A stretch of DNA of 63,372 nt, filler included, from Octopus bimaculoides (taxonomy: Eukaryota), in the NCBI RefSeq assembly GCF_001194135.2. It is 4 parts of 4 records of this genome, joined end to end, with 100 filler letters (N's around TTAATTAATTAA, not from the genome) between each part and the next. Parts side by side here need not be neighbours in the genome. Positions count along the whole stretch, not along the records: positions 1 to 29,420 come from NC_068984.1; 3 more parts are not named here. One strand, 5' to 3'. Numbering within the stretch: the first letter of the stretch is position 1; every line of letters starts with the position of its first letter. Positions 13,386 to 24,441 of the stretch are shown piece after piece. The translations under genes and the position numbers were made by a program. Under the pieces are notes generated by a model, which was not told the DNA's origin, did not search any database, and was given only the letters and a program-made list of their open reading frames with translations.

Positions 13386-14312
13386 GCTGCTGCTGTTATG
13401 TTGTTACTGTTGCTGCTGTGTTTTTATTGTTTCTTGTTGTTGTTGTTGTTGTTGCTGCTGTGTTTGTTTAGCTCCAAATCGACCTTCAACGAACAGATTT
13501 GCATGATTGTTATTAGCAAGGCTAGGACTTCGGACCTAATTCACTCGTAGTCGGTTAGAAATGTGTCCGGAATTTTAGTCTCCTTGATGATTACAACATC
13601 CAAATGAACCGGATCAGAACTGGTCTGGAACTATACAACAACAACAACAACAACAACAGCAGCTGCAGCAGCAGCAGTAGCAGCAGCAACAACAACAACG
13701 AGAACAACACCATCACGTACGCCAGCATTACGATCTATATCTCTACCACAATTAACAATACATCAAGTTAACTTTATTTATTCATTTTTTTTTTGTTTTT
13801 GTCGCAAACTTAAAAATAAAACATACAAACAAGCGCAACAACACACACACAAACACGCACAAACACACACATTCATATACACATATACACCATGTATGTA
13901 TATAAGTGTATGTATGTATGTATGTATGTATGTATGTATGTATGCATGTATGTATGTATGTATAAGTTCATTTGGCTTAGAACGGCACATTTGGTCTCCA
14001 TTAAACGTTTATTTCCGAACTGACGGTTGGTGAGGAGGATTCGTAAATAGTAAACAGTAAATAGTGGAGAGCGAGGGTTGGGTAGGAGAAAGCAACCTTC
14101 TTGGTTCAGAGTCGGGGTGGAGGTTCAATATACACAGCCCACTCGCCTCGCTATTCTTCAACGTATACTTTTAACAATCTTCTTCGTGTTCTCAAAGTTG
14201 TGTAGCCTTGTGATACAGTTCTCCTTCCTCATACCAATGTTATGAGTAAATATATTTGTTTACTTATTTATCAATATAGTTTAGTTTTAATTTTAGCTTC
14301 AGTTTTAGTGCT

Positions 14313-14890
14313 ACTTGTTTCAGTTCTTGGACTGCGGCCAAGCTGGGGCACTATATTGAAAGATCTTAGTCGAACAGATCGACCCCAATACTTGAGATTA
14401 TTTACGTTTGGTACTTAGACTATCGGTCTCTGGAGGCGCAATGGCCCAGTGGTTAGGGCAGCGGACTCGCGGTCATAGGATCGCGGTTTCGATTCCCAGA
14501 CCGGGCGTTGTGAGTGTTTATTGAGCGAAAACACCTAATGCTCCACGAGGCTCTGGCAAGGGGTCGTGGTGAACCCTGCTGTACTCTTTCACCACAACTT
14601 TCTCTCACTCTTACTTCTTGTTTCTGCTGTGCCTGTAATTCAAAGGGTCAGCCTTGTCACACTGTGTCACGCTGAATATCTCCGAGAACTACGTTAAGGG
14701 TACACGTGTCTGTGGAGTGCTCAGCCACTCGCACGTTAATTTCAAGAGCAGGCTGTTCCGTTGATTGGATCAACTGGAACCCTCGACGTCGTAAGCGACG
14801 GAGTGCCAACAACAACAATATCGGTCTCTATTGCTGAACCCGTTAAGTTACGAGGCCATAAACATACTAACACCCGATTGTCAAGCGGTA
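14313..14890 (-). mobile_element. Family D SINE 3' half, interrupted by a family A SINE
   Basis: tacttgtttcag...gatcgacccc...ctatcggtctct | attgctgaacccgttaagttacg...ttgtcaagcggt. Confidence 0.8.
14432..14818 (+). mobile_element. tRNA-derived SINE, family A ((CAA)n tail)
   Basis: A box tggcccagtgg, B box ggtttcgattccc, ends gtaagcgacggagtgcc(aac)n; 11-bp TSD tatcggtctct (14421-14431, 14819-14829). Confidence 0.9.
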
Positions 14891-14938
14891 AGAGAGACAA
14901 ATATAAACGCAAAGATACACATACATAAATACAAACGT

Positions 14939-14978
<40 letters not shown>

Positions 14979-15418
14979 ACACACACACATATGTATGTAT
15001 GTATAGATAGATAGATATGTACACACATATACATATATGATATAGATGCATAAATACATATATATGTGCGCGTACGTCTCGGTGGGGTGGGAATGAATTT
15101 TTGTTTAAGCTTATTTCCCCACCGCTTGTCAACTGATGTTGGTTTGGTTATGTCCTCGTAAATTAGCGGTTCGGCAAAAGACCGAAAAAATTAAATAAAA
15201 TTAAAAGAAAATAAAAGAAAGAACCCTAACCCTAAACCATTCTAGATGGTGTTCCAGCATGACTGCAGTCCAATGACTGAAACAAAGACTAAAATGCCGT
15301 GCCCCAGCATGGCCGAAGCGTGTTTGTGTGTGTGCGTATGTGCGTGCGTGTGTGCGTGTATGCGTGTGTGCGTGTATGCGTGTGTGCGTATGCGTGTTGT
15401 GTGTGCAACAACAACAAC

Positions 15419-15466
<48 letters not shown>

Positions 15467-15478
15467 TGTAAATAATTA

Positions 15479-15748
15479 ATTATACCAACTTAAATAGTGG
15501 AACTTCATCAGATCGGAAAAGTACAGAAAAAGAAAAGAAAGAGAAAGAGAAAAAGAGAAAGCAAGGATATACCAATTGATGTTACGTGCTGAAAACCTAT
15601 CGACCTGAAAGCCTATGAGTCGGTCGATAGGTTTTCAGAGGGATAACATGTAACATCAATTCGTATTTACTTACTTTCTCTTTCTCTTTCTTTTCTTTTT
15701 CTTTACTTTTCCGTTCTAATGAAGTTCCACTATTTAAGTTGGTATAAT
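15479..15748. repeat. 270-bp palindromic fold-back element
   Basis: Perfect 30-bp outer IR (15479-15508 / 15719-15748), complementary purine and pyrimidine tracts, and a perfect 17-bp inner IR (15589-15605 / 15622-15638). Confidence 0.9.
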
Positions 15749-16849
15749 ATCATTGTAATAATTAACTTTGATAATGCCCTAAATAGCGCCAACAGAAACA
15801 GCTGTCAGATGAGATAATGTTTTATTTTTTTATAATCAATAAATATATTTAATGTTTACTAANNNNNNNNNNNNNNNNNNNNNNNNNNNNNNNNNNNNNN
15901 NNNNNNNNNNNNNNNNNNNNNNNNNNNNNNNNNNNNNNNNNNNNNNNNNNNNNNNNNNNNNNNNNNNNNNNNNNNNNNNNNNNNNNNNNNNNNNNNNNNN
16001 NNNNNNNNNNNNNNNNNNNNNNNNNNNNNNNNNNNNNNNNNNNNNNNNNNNNNNNNNNNNNNNNNNNNNNNNNNNNNNNNNNNNNNNNNNNNNNNNNNNN
16101 NNNNNNNNNNNNNNNNNNNNNNNNNNNNNNNNNNNNNNNNNNNNNNNNNNNNNNNNNNNNNNNNNNNNNNNNNNNNNNNNNNNNNNNNNNNNNNNNNNNN
16201 NNNNNNNNNNNNNNNNNNNNNNNNNNNNNNNNNNNNNNNNNNNNNNNNNNNNNNNNNNNNNNNNNNNNNNNNNNNNNNNNNNNNNNNNNNNNNNNNNNNN
16301 NNNNNNNNNNNNNNNNNNNNNNNNNNNNNNNNNNNNNNNNNNNNNNNNNNNNNNNNNNNNNNNNNNNNNNNNNNNNNNNNNNNNNNNNNNNNNNNNNNNN
16401 NNNNNNNNNNNNNNNNNNNNNNNNNNNNNNNNNNNNNNNNNNNNNNNNNNNATATATATATATATATGTATGTATGTATGTATGTATATATATATCATAA
16501 TTGAGATTCAGTTGAATTAAGTACTTAAATTGAGGCACCAAGCTAGTTCGGTATAGTTCGCGCAGCTTGAATTTAGGTGAATAAAAAGCAAATAAGTAAC
16601 AAGGATGTCCAAGAATCAATGCATTACAGCCGTTTCAAACGGTTCCATTTAATCGATCAATGCAAACATTACATCAATGTAAAAGAAATCACTCTCCTCA
16701 GACGCAGACAAATATATAGATTTCCAATATAAAGGATAAACCATTTTTTTGCGCAATTTACATCAGTACTAGAGACCAAAACACTGATAACATTGCTTCC
16801 CTTCGCTATGATTGTGACTGGACATCCTTACATCCTCGTTATTTATTTG

Positions 16850-16889
<40 letters not shown>

Positions 16890-18410
16890 CAAGAATAAGG
16901 GCAGAGAATCGTCAATTAATAATAGAATTAATAATTAACAATTCTGCCAAGTAGTTCAGTATGAAAAAAACCTTTATCGGTAAAACTATTTATCATCATA
17001 AATATACAGGGATTAGCAATTGAGTTGCTTCTNNNNNNNNNNNNNNNNNNNNNNNNNNNNNNNNNNNNNNNNNNNNNNNNNNNNNNNNNNNNNNNNNNNN
17101 NNNNNNNNNNNNNNNNNNNNNNNNNNNNNNNNNNNNNNNNNNNNNNNNNNNNNNNNNNNNNNNNNNNNNNNNNNNNNNNNNNNNNNNNNNNNNNNNNNNN
17201 NNNNNNNNNNNNNNNNNNNNNNNNNNNNNNNNNNNNNNNNNNNNNNNNNNNNNNNNNNNNNNNNNNNNNNNNNNNNNNNNNNNNNNNNNNNNNNNNNNNN
17301 NNNNNNNNNNNNNNNNNNNNNNNNNNNNNNNNNNNNNNNNNNNNNNNNNNNNNNNNNNNNNNNNNNNNNNNNNNNNNNNNNNNNNNNNNNNNNNNNNNNN
17401 NNNNNNNNNNNNNNNNNNNNNNNNNNNNNNNNNNNNNNNNNNNNNNNNNNNNNNNNNNNNNNNNNNNNNNNNNNNNNNNNNNNNNNNNNNNNNNNNNNNN
17501 NNNNNNNNNNNNNNNNNNNNNNNNNNNNNNNNNNNNNNNNNNNNNNNNNNNNNNNNNNNNNNNNNNNNNNNNNNNNNNNNNNNNNNNNNNNNNNNNNNNN
17601 NNNNNNNNNNNNNNNNNNNNNNNNNNNNNNNNNNNNNNNNNNNNNNNNNNNNNNNNNNNNNNNNNNNNNNNNNNNNNNNNNNNNNNNNNNNNNNNNNNNN
17701 NNNNNNNNNNNNNNNNNNNNNNNNNNNNNNNNNNNNNNNNNNNNNNNNNNNNNNNNNNNNNNNNNNNNNNNNNNNNNNNNNNNNNNNNNNNNNNNNNNNN
17801 NATATATATATATATATATATGCGCGCGTGTGTGCGCGTGTACACGCATACTTTCTAATAATTCTGGATGCAGCTACAATGCTTCCGATGAAGCTTTTAT
17901 GCAAGTTATAAGTAATCTTTGTAATATAACACACTCTGTCATTGAGTACTATCTCTCCTTTTTTTTTTTTTTTGCTTTGCAGACACCTTACGCATCTGAT
18001 AGTTGATACTGTTACTTCTCTATCTATCTATCTATCTATCTATCTCTCTGTCTAAATATATATAAACATAACATACATGTACATTTATAAATATATAACT
18101 ATATTTATAAATATATATGTACACACACGCGCACACATACAGAAAGAGGATTGTGTGTATACGTGCGCGCTCATGCGTATGTGTCTATGTATATATGTAA
18201 CTTATATGTAGCAGCGTTCTTTTTTACCGTACGAACTCCAAGGTGTACTTTTATAAAGAAAGTTCTCTGGTAAGGTGAAACAGCAGATGTTATTACTTGG
18301 AACACGCAATCAGGAATCTAAAAAGCCAGGATTCTGCCATAATAGAGTTTTTTTACGTTTTATTTTTTCCTTGGTGCTCAACTCCAAGCGGAAGAAGATT
18401 TTGCTTTTTT

Positions 18411-18990
18411 TATTTTAACCCTCTTCGCTCCCGGTGGAAGGTGGGCCATCGACGAGTTTAGTCAAGCGTTCTCGACTCTGGACTCCCTTTCCTGCATCTC
18501 TCAAGTTTTGGATTCTTATAGCTGCTACTATAATTTTGCTTTCTCTTATGTAGGGGTGTTGAACCTGTCAAACCCATTGTTCCCTTTGGGAAGCGGTGAT
18601 TTCTATTTGCCTGGTCTCTATCGTTCGACCTAGGAGGCGCGTGGCTTAGTGGTTAGGGTGTTGGACTAATGATTGTAAGATTGTGGTTTCGATTCTTGGA
18701 CCAAGCAATGCGTTTTTCTTGAGCAAAATACTTCATTTCACGTTGCTGGCAAAAAACGAGTAATCCTGCTAAGGACCGGCGTCCCGTCCAGGTGTGGAAT
18801 TTATACGCCATGGAAACCAAGAAACCGGCCCTTAGGAGTCGGTTTGATATGAGACGGTAACTTTTTTTTTAATCTTTTGACCTGTCCGGTGTAGGAGTCC
18901 CTACCATGAGCTTGCGCTCCGCTGGCATGGATCTCAAAGTCACACCATACCATAACAGAGACTGGACATTTCAGTGGGAGCGGATGAGTA
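18411..18990 (-). mobile_element. Probable internally deleted (bipartite) RTE derivative, interrupted by a SINE at 18632-18871
   Basis: On the minus strand, an RTE-like 5' UTR (catgccagcggagcgcaagctcatggtagggactcctacaccggacaggtc...gatagagaccaggc) is joined almost directly to an RTE-like 3' end (gtcgatggcccaccttccaccgggagcgaagagggttaa). Similarity recalled, not searched. Confidence 0.5.
18632..18871 (+). mobile_element. tRNA-derived SINE, family B
   Basis: Same head and ggcgtcccgtccagg body as 9239-9493; degenerate TSD atcgttcgacct (18620-18631) / atcttttgacct (18872-18883). Confidence 0.8.
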
Positions 18991-19256
18991 TTTGGCTGCT
19001 ATTTCTATCATTTCCAGCGTCTTCATTAACACTCCATCAATGGCTCAACTTAATAGGAGGTTGTTTGAAAGGAAAACTGGGCGTGGAAAGCAACACAGTT
19101 CTTCTAGTGAGGACGCAAATCTAAAAGTATATAAGCAACGGTGATGTTCTAGCATATTGTGACCATGCTGGGGCACCACGGGCTGGAATAAGTAAATCTC
19201 ATAGGATTAACGTGATTTCACGTTAATGTTAAATGAAGAAATAATGCGTGAAAATT

Positions 19257-19688
19257 CTTTACTACTCTAGGCACAAGGCCCGAAATTTTGGGGAAGGAGA
19301 CCAGCCGATTAGATCGACCCCAGTACGCAACTGGTACTTAATTTATCGATCCCCGTAAGGAGGAAAGGCAAGGTCTGCCTCGGTGGAATTTGAACTCAGA
19401 ACGTAAAGACAGACGAAATACCGACAAGCATTTCGCCCGGCGTGCTAACGATTCTTATTTCTTTATTGCCCACAAGGGGCTAAACATAGAGGGGACAAAC
19501 AAGGACAAACAAAGGGATTAAGTCGATTACATCAACCCCAGTGCGTAACTGGTACTTAATTTATCGACCCCGAAAGGATGAAAGGTAAAGTCGACCTAGG
19601 CGGAATTTGAACTCAGAATGTATAGACTGACGAAATACCGCTAAGCATTTCGCCCGGCGTGCTAACGTTTCTGCCAGCTCACCGCCTT
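19257..19688 (-). mobile_element. Dimeric tRNA-derived SINE, family C
   Basis: Same dimer and same junction as 2101-2530; 16-bp TSD ataatgcgtgaaaatt (19241-19256, 19689-19704). Confidence 0.9.
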
Positions 19689-21058
19689 ATAATGCGTGAA
19701 AATTGAGAGAATTGATATGCCGTTACTCACAGCGTTAAAACCAAATAAATAAAGCTAGATAAAGCAGCTAAGTCTTTCTGAAATCACACTAGATCGCCTT
19801 ACAAATGGAAGAATACTATGGGTAATTTGCGTCTCGGATACTGGAACAAGAGAGATTGTCATGACTGGAACACTTTTGACAATACGTTCCTACNNNNNNN
19901 NNNNNNNNNNNNNNNNNNNNNNNNNNNNNNNNNNNNNNNNNNNNNNNNNNNNNNNNNNNNNNNNNNNNNNNNNNNNNNNNNNNNNNNNNNNNNNNNNNNN
20001 NNNNNNNNNNNNNNNNNNNNNNNNNNNNNNNNNNNNNNNNNNNNNNNNNNNNNNNNNNNNNNNNNNNNNNNNNNNNNNNNNNNNNATATATATATATATA
20101 TATATATATAGTTTATTCTTCCGTTAAGGCAAAATCAACAAAATAAGTACTCCATCTAGGGAGAAGTAAAAAACATTTAATCTACAAAGTATAAAGATAC
20201 TAGCTAATAGTAGTTTCTTACATTGGAAATGCAGTTCTAGACAGGTTTTTATAACAGGCCTTGTGTCTCAAAGTAATCTATAGGTTCTAAACTCGTTGCT
20301 TATTCAATTTACAAATTAGGACGCTAGAACAGCAGAAATCACAAGAAACAGAAACGAGAAAGTGGATGCAAAAAGTGTGCAGGTGGGGAAAAATATGGAT
20401 AAAAAAGAAAAGATTTTATCGATAAGTTGGCACATCAACGAAAGTAGAGTCACTAAGTTGGTTAGCCGCTTGCGCGGTTTTGACGACCAACTCCACACCA
20501 CATACAGTCAAGTGAAGAATTAACATGTCATATGTTAATGGGTTTTAGAAATTCATTTTGTGTGTAGCTTAAAGATTGTTTATTCCTTTTAGATTTAAGA
20601 ATTCCACCACATTACTGAATTCCCGATCAGAAATTTTCAGCGAATTCAAATATATGGCCAAATTTCTTTTGTGAATGGGGGAACAATAAACTCTCCGGAT
20701 TGAGCAGCTTTCTCGCAATTTTCGAACCCCTCTCCGCTGAATTATTCCACAACAGCCAGCTTAATCATAGCTTTACAGTCAAATGGGACATAATTCTAAC
20801 TTTCTGTTTTACTTTTCTTTTTCCGTTTTTTTTTTTTTTTTTTCATCTCTCCACTTTTTGCAACTACTTTCTTGTTTCTTCTCATTATTTTTCATGCTCC
20901 AGCGTCCTGATGTTTAAATTGAACATGGTATATGGTCAGAACTTTAAGATTGCTTGGAGTTACAAGACGTGTTATAAAAACCTGCCTAGGTTAGCGTCTC
21001 CAGAGCATGAAACTTTTAGTAGCTGATATCTTTATAGTGTGAACAGTAAGTTATATGT

Positions 21059-21105
<47 letters not shown>

Positions 21106-21918
21106 TCGTCACACTCTTATTAGCAACGGATACTCGTACATATAAGCCAATATGTGAGCATAATAATATGAGAATAATAAAGTTGAGAAAAACGACTGAC
21201 GTTATTATTGGCAGCACGGGCATTCTAGTTGTAAATATGAAACACGAATATAGACGTGAATTCTGTGATCAAATATCGACATCACGCGCGCCTTACAAGA
21301 TTTCGTCAACGTATAAACATACACGTGCTTATTAAGCTGTTTATACTTTGGTTAAATACAATCGTTTTACCGCCCATTCCAGCTGGCAAAGGTTCCAGTT
21401 AATTTATTATGAGATAGGCCTGTTTGTGTGTGAATATGTGCGTGTGCGTGTGTGCGTTCGCGCGGCCATAGGTATATATATATATATATATATATATNNN
21501 NNNNNNNNNNNNNNNNNNNNNNNNNNNNNNNNNNNNNNNNNNNNNNNNNNNNNNNNNNNNNNNNNNNNNNNNNNNNNNNNNNNNNNNNNNNNNNNNNNNN
21601 NNNNNNNNNNNNNNNNNNNNNNNNNNNNNNNNNNNNNNNNNNNNNNNNNNNNNNNNNNNNNNNNNNNNNNNNNNNNNNNNNNNNNNNNNNNNNNNNNNNN
21701 NNNNNNNNNNNNNNNNNNNNNNNNNNNNNNNNNNNNNNNNNNNNNNNNNNNNNNNNNNNNNNNNNNNNNNNNNNNNNNNNNNNNNNNNNNNNNNNNNNNN
21801 NGCTCGTCAAGGTGAGGTACCCGAATGTGCTACCTTAGCCCGACGAGCTAAGGTAGCACTATAAGAAGCTGATAACACTTAAACTTGCACTGGGCCCAAA
21901 CAAACTGTTTTAAATGGC

Positions 21919-21977
<59 letters not shown>

Positions 21978-22169
21978 AGACAGATAGACAGACAGTGACA
22001 GACAGAAAAATTCATCCCAGTAGGGAGCAGTGGGAGCGCCAGGTACATTTCGGCTTTTTGGGGGCCTTTTTTCATAAGTGGCCCTTATCGACAGTGTCTA
22101 TACATTGCATTAAGTAAGATACATAGCTGTGTGTGTGTGTGTGTGTGTGTGTGTGCCTTTGGGTATGTG

Positions 22170-22375
22170 TTTATCCCCACCACCTCTTGACAACCGGTGT
22201 TGGTTTGCTTACGTCCCCGTAATGTAACGGTTCGGCAAAGGAAGCCGTTACAAGTACCAGGCTTTCCAAAAATAATAAGTACTGGGGTCGATTCGTTCGA
22301 ATAAAATTCCTTAGAACGGTGCCCCAGCATGACCACAGTCTAATGACTGGAACATAAATGATAAAGCTAAAAGAT
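22170..22375 (+). mobile_element. Family D SINE 3' half
   Basis: cttgacaaccggtgttgg...ggttcggcaaag...tggggtcgattcg...gtgccccagcatg. Similar 3' halves at 80-265 (+), 15115-15290 (+) and 45655-45850 (-). Confidence 0.75.
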
Positions 22376-22823
22376 AATAACTGGCTAGGTCAAAATACAG
22401 GACAGCAGTCCCGAAGGAAGCCGCTCCTTAGTTCGATGCTGCTGTTACCGTTCTTCCAGACACCTCCCATCTTCTTTCCCACCCCTCATGNNNNNNNNNN
22501 NNNNNNNNNNNNNNNNNNNNNNNNNNNNNNNNNNNNNNNNNNNNNNNNNNNNNNNNNNNNNNNNNNNNNNNNNNNNNNNNNNNNNNNNNNNNNNNNNNNN
22601 NNNNNNNNNNNNNNNNNNNNNNNNNNNNNNNNNNNNNNNNNNNNNNNNNNNNNNNNNNNNNNNNNNNNNNNNNNNNNNNNNNNNNNNNNNNNNNNNNNNN
22701 NNNNNNACCCTTGGTTGGGAAGCAAAAATCTGAAATTTTAAAAAATTAATCTTTGTAATTCCACATGTATTTTACATGTGCATCTTTACATGTGTATTAA
22801 ATTGCATTATTAATATCGCTCTC

Positions 22824-23465
22824 AAGGCGGCAAGCTGACTGAACCGTTAGTACGTTATACGAAATGTTTAGCAGTATTAGATCTCCCTTTACGTTCTGAG
22901 TCGACTTTGATTTTCGTCCTTTCTGAGTCTATAAAATAAATACCAGCTGAGCACTGGGATCGATTTAATCGACTTTTTCCCATCCCCGAAACTGCTAACA
23001 TTGTGCCAAAATTTGAAACCATTTATATTATCGTTCTCAAAGAGATGATCTGGCAGAAACGTTAGCACGCCGGGCGAAATGCTTAGCGGTATTTCGTCCG
23101 TCTTTACGTTCGGAGTTTAAATTACCTTTCATCCCAAAAGGGGTCGATAAAATAACTACCAGTTCAAGTATTAGGATCGATCTAATCAACTAGCCCCTTC
23201 TCCCAAAATTCTAATCTTGTGCCTATTGTAGAAGGGATCAATGATATCGTTGTCCGAAGGAGTGACGATTGGCAGAATTCTTTGAGCGTCAGACAAAATG
23301 TTTTGTGATGGTTTGTCTATCTTTTTGTGATCTAGGTTAAAATCCCGCCGAAGCAACTTTACAGTTCATCCAGCCGAGTTCGATAAAATAAAGTACCAGT
23401 CAAGTATTGGGGTCGATAATGCCGACTAATTCTCTCCCTTCAAAACTGTTGGCTTTGTGCCTGAA
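22824..23465 (+). mobile_element. Three head-to-tail family C SINE monomers
   Basis: Heads at about 22824, 23039 and 23257, each followed by the catcc...gataaaataa.tacc...gtcgat body. Confidence 0.8.
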
Positions 23466-23469
23466 TTAT

Positions 23470-23659
23470 CTTTTATATTTTACTTGTTTCAGTCATTATA
23501 CTGTAGCCAAGCTGGAGCAACGCTTTAAAGGGCTCCAGTAGAAAAATCGCCCCAATGTTTATTTTTTCAAGTCTATCGAATTTTTTTGTAGAACCGCTAA
23601 GTTACGAGGATTATAAACAAACCAACTACGTTTGTCAAGCAGTGGTGGGGAACGCGCAC

Positions 23660-23692
<33 letters not shown>

Positions 23693-23820
23693 TACACAAC
23701 ATACTTCCATATCTATTCACAAGGCATTGATCGGCCCAAGACACTTGTTCGAATAGCCGTGCGGCGGGACTGAGCACATAGCCGCGTGGTTGCAAGGCGA
23801 GCTTCTTAACTACACGGCCA
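23470..23820 (-). mobile_element. Family D SINE, degraded
   Basis: tacttgtttcagtcatt...gaaccgctaagttacg...(ca)n...cacaaggc...cttcttaactacacggc. Confidence 0.75.
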
Positions 23821-24281
23821 CCGTCTGTTTAATACTTTTGCAACGGTTTCTTCACCTCTCAAGTACCAACAAACTGCATAGCTCCTATCCTCTTCTTCTA
23901 CCCCTTCTATTCTCGTACCTCCTACTGTATCCTCCCTACCAACTTGCCCTGAGCCCTTTCTCGAAAAAATTTAAATACGGAGCTGGAACCACTTTTTTTC
24001 CCCCCACATACTTCAAAATTCAGAATTCAAGTTCAACTCCAGCCAAATCTCCTCCGTCGGGCTGAGAGAGCGTAACAATGATAAACAGATATCGTTCTTT
24101 TCTCTAACATTTGATATACCTTCAAATGAAATTCGAAACTGTATCACGGACATAAACGGCCGGGAGCTTGTCTCTCACAATGCAACTAATTAGTCGAGCT
24201 GCAGAAAACTGTAGATGGTCGAAATGATACAATTCTTTTTAATCTTGTCACAATGTTAAGGAGAGGAAGAAATCGATATCA

Positions 24282-24441
24282 TTGGCAAGAGTGCCCAACT
24301 GTTACTTTATTTTATCCACTCCGAAAGAATGAAAGGTAAGATTGATCTTGACGAGATTTCAGCCCAGAACGTAAAAAAGTCGACAAAATCTAGCTAAGCA
24401 TTTTCTCCAAATGAATAATGATTCTGCCAGCTCACTGTCTT
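24282..24441 (-). mobile_element. Degraded family C SINE
   Basis: gaaagaatgaaagg...agaacgtaaa...gctaagcatttt...ctgccagctcac. Confidence 0.7.

Noticed and set aside
14432-14510. tRNA-like heads as true tRNA genes
   Set aside because: A and B boxes are present, but each continues into a SINE body with a tail and TSD, and no full cloverleaf is supported.
15222-15240. (CCCTAA)2 telomere-like motif
   Set aside because: Only two units inside a SINE remnant.
22810-23465. CRISPR-like or regularly spaced repeat array
   Set aside because: Eukaryotic context; the units are about 210-bp SINE copies, not short repeats with unique spacers.
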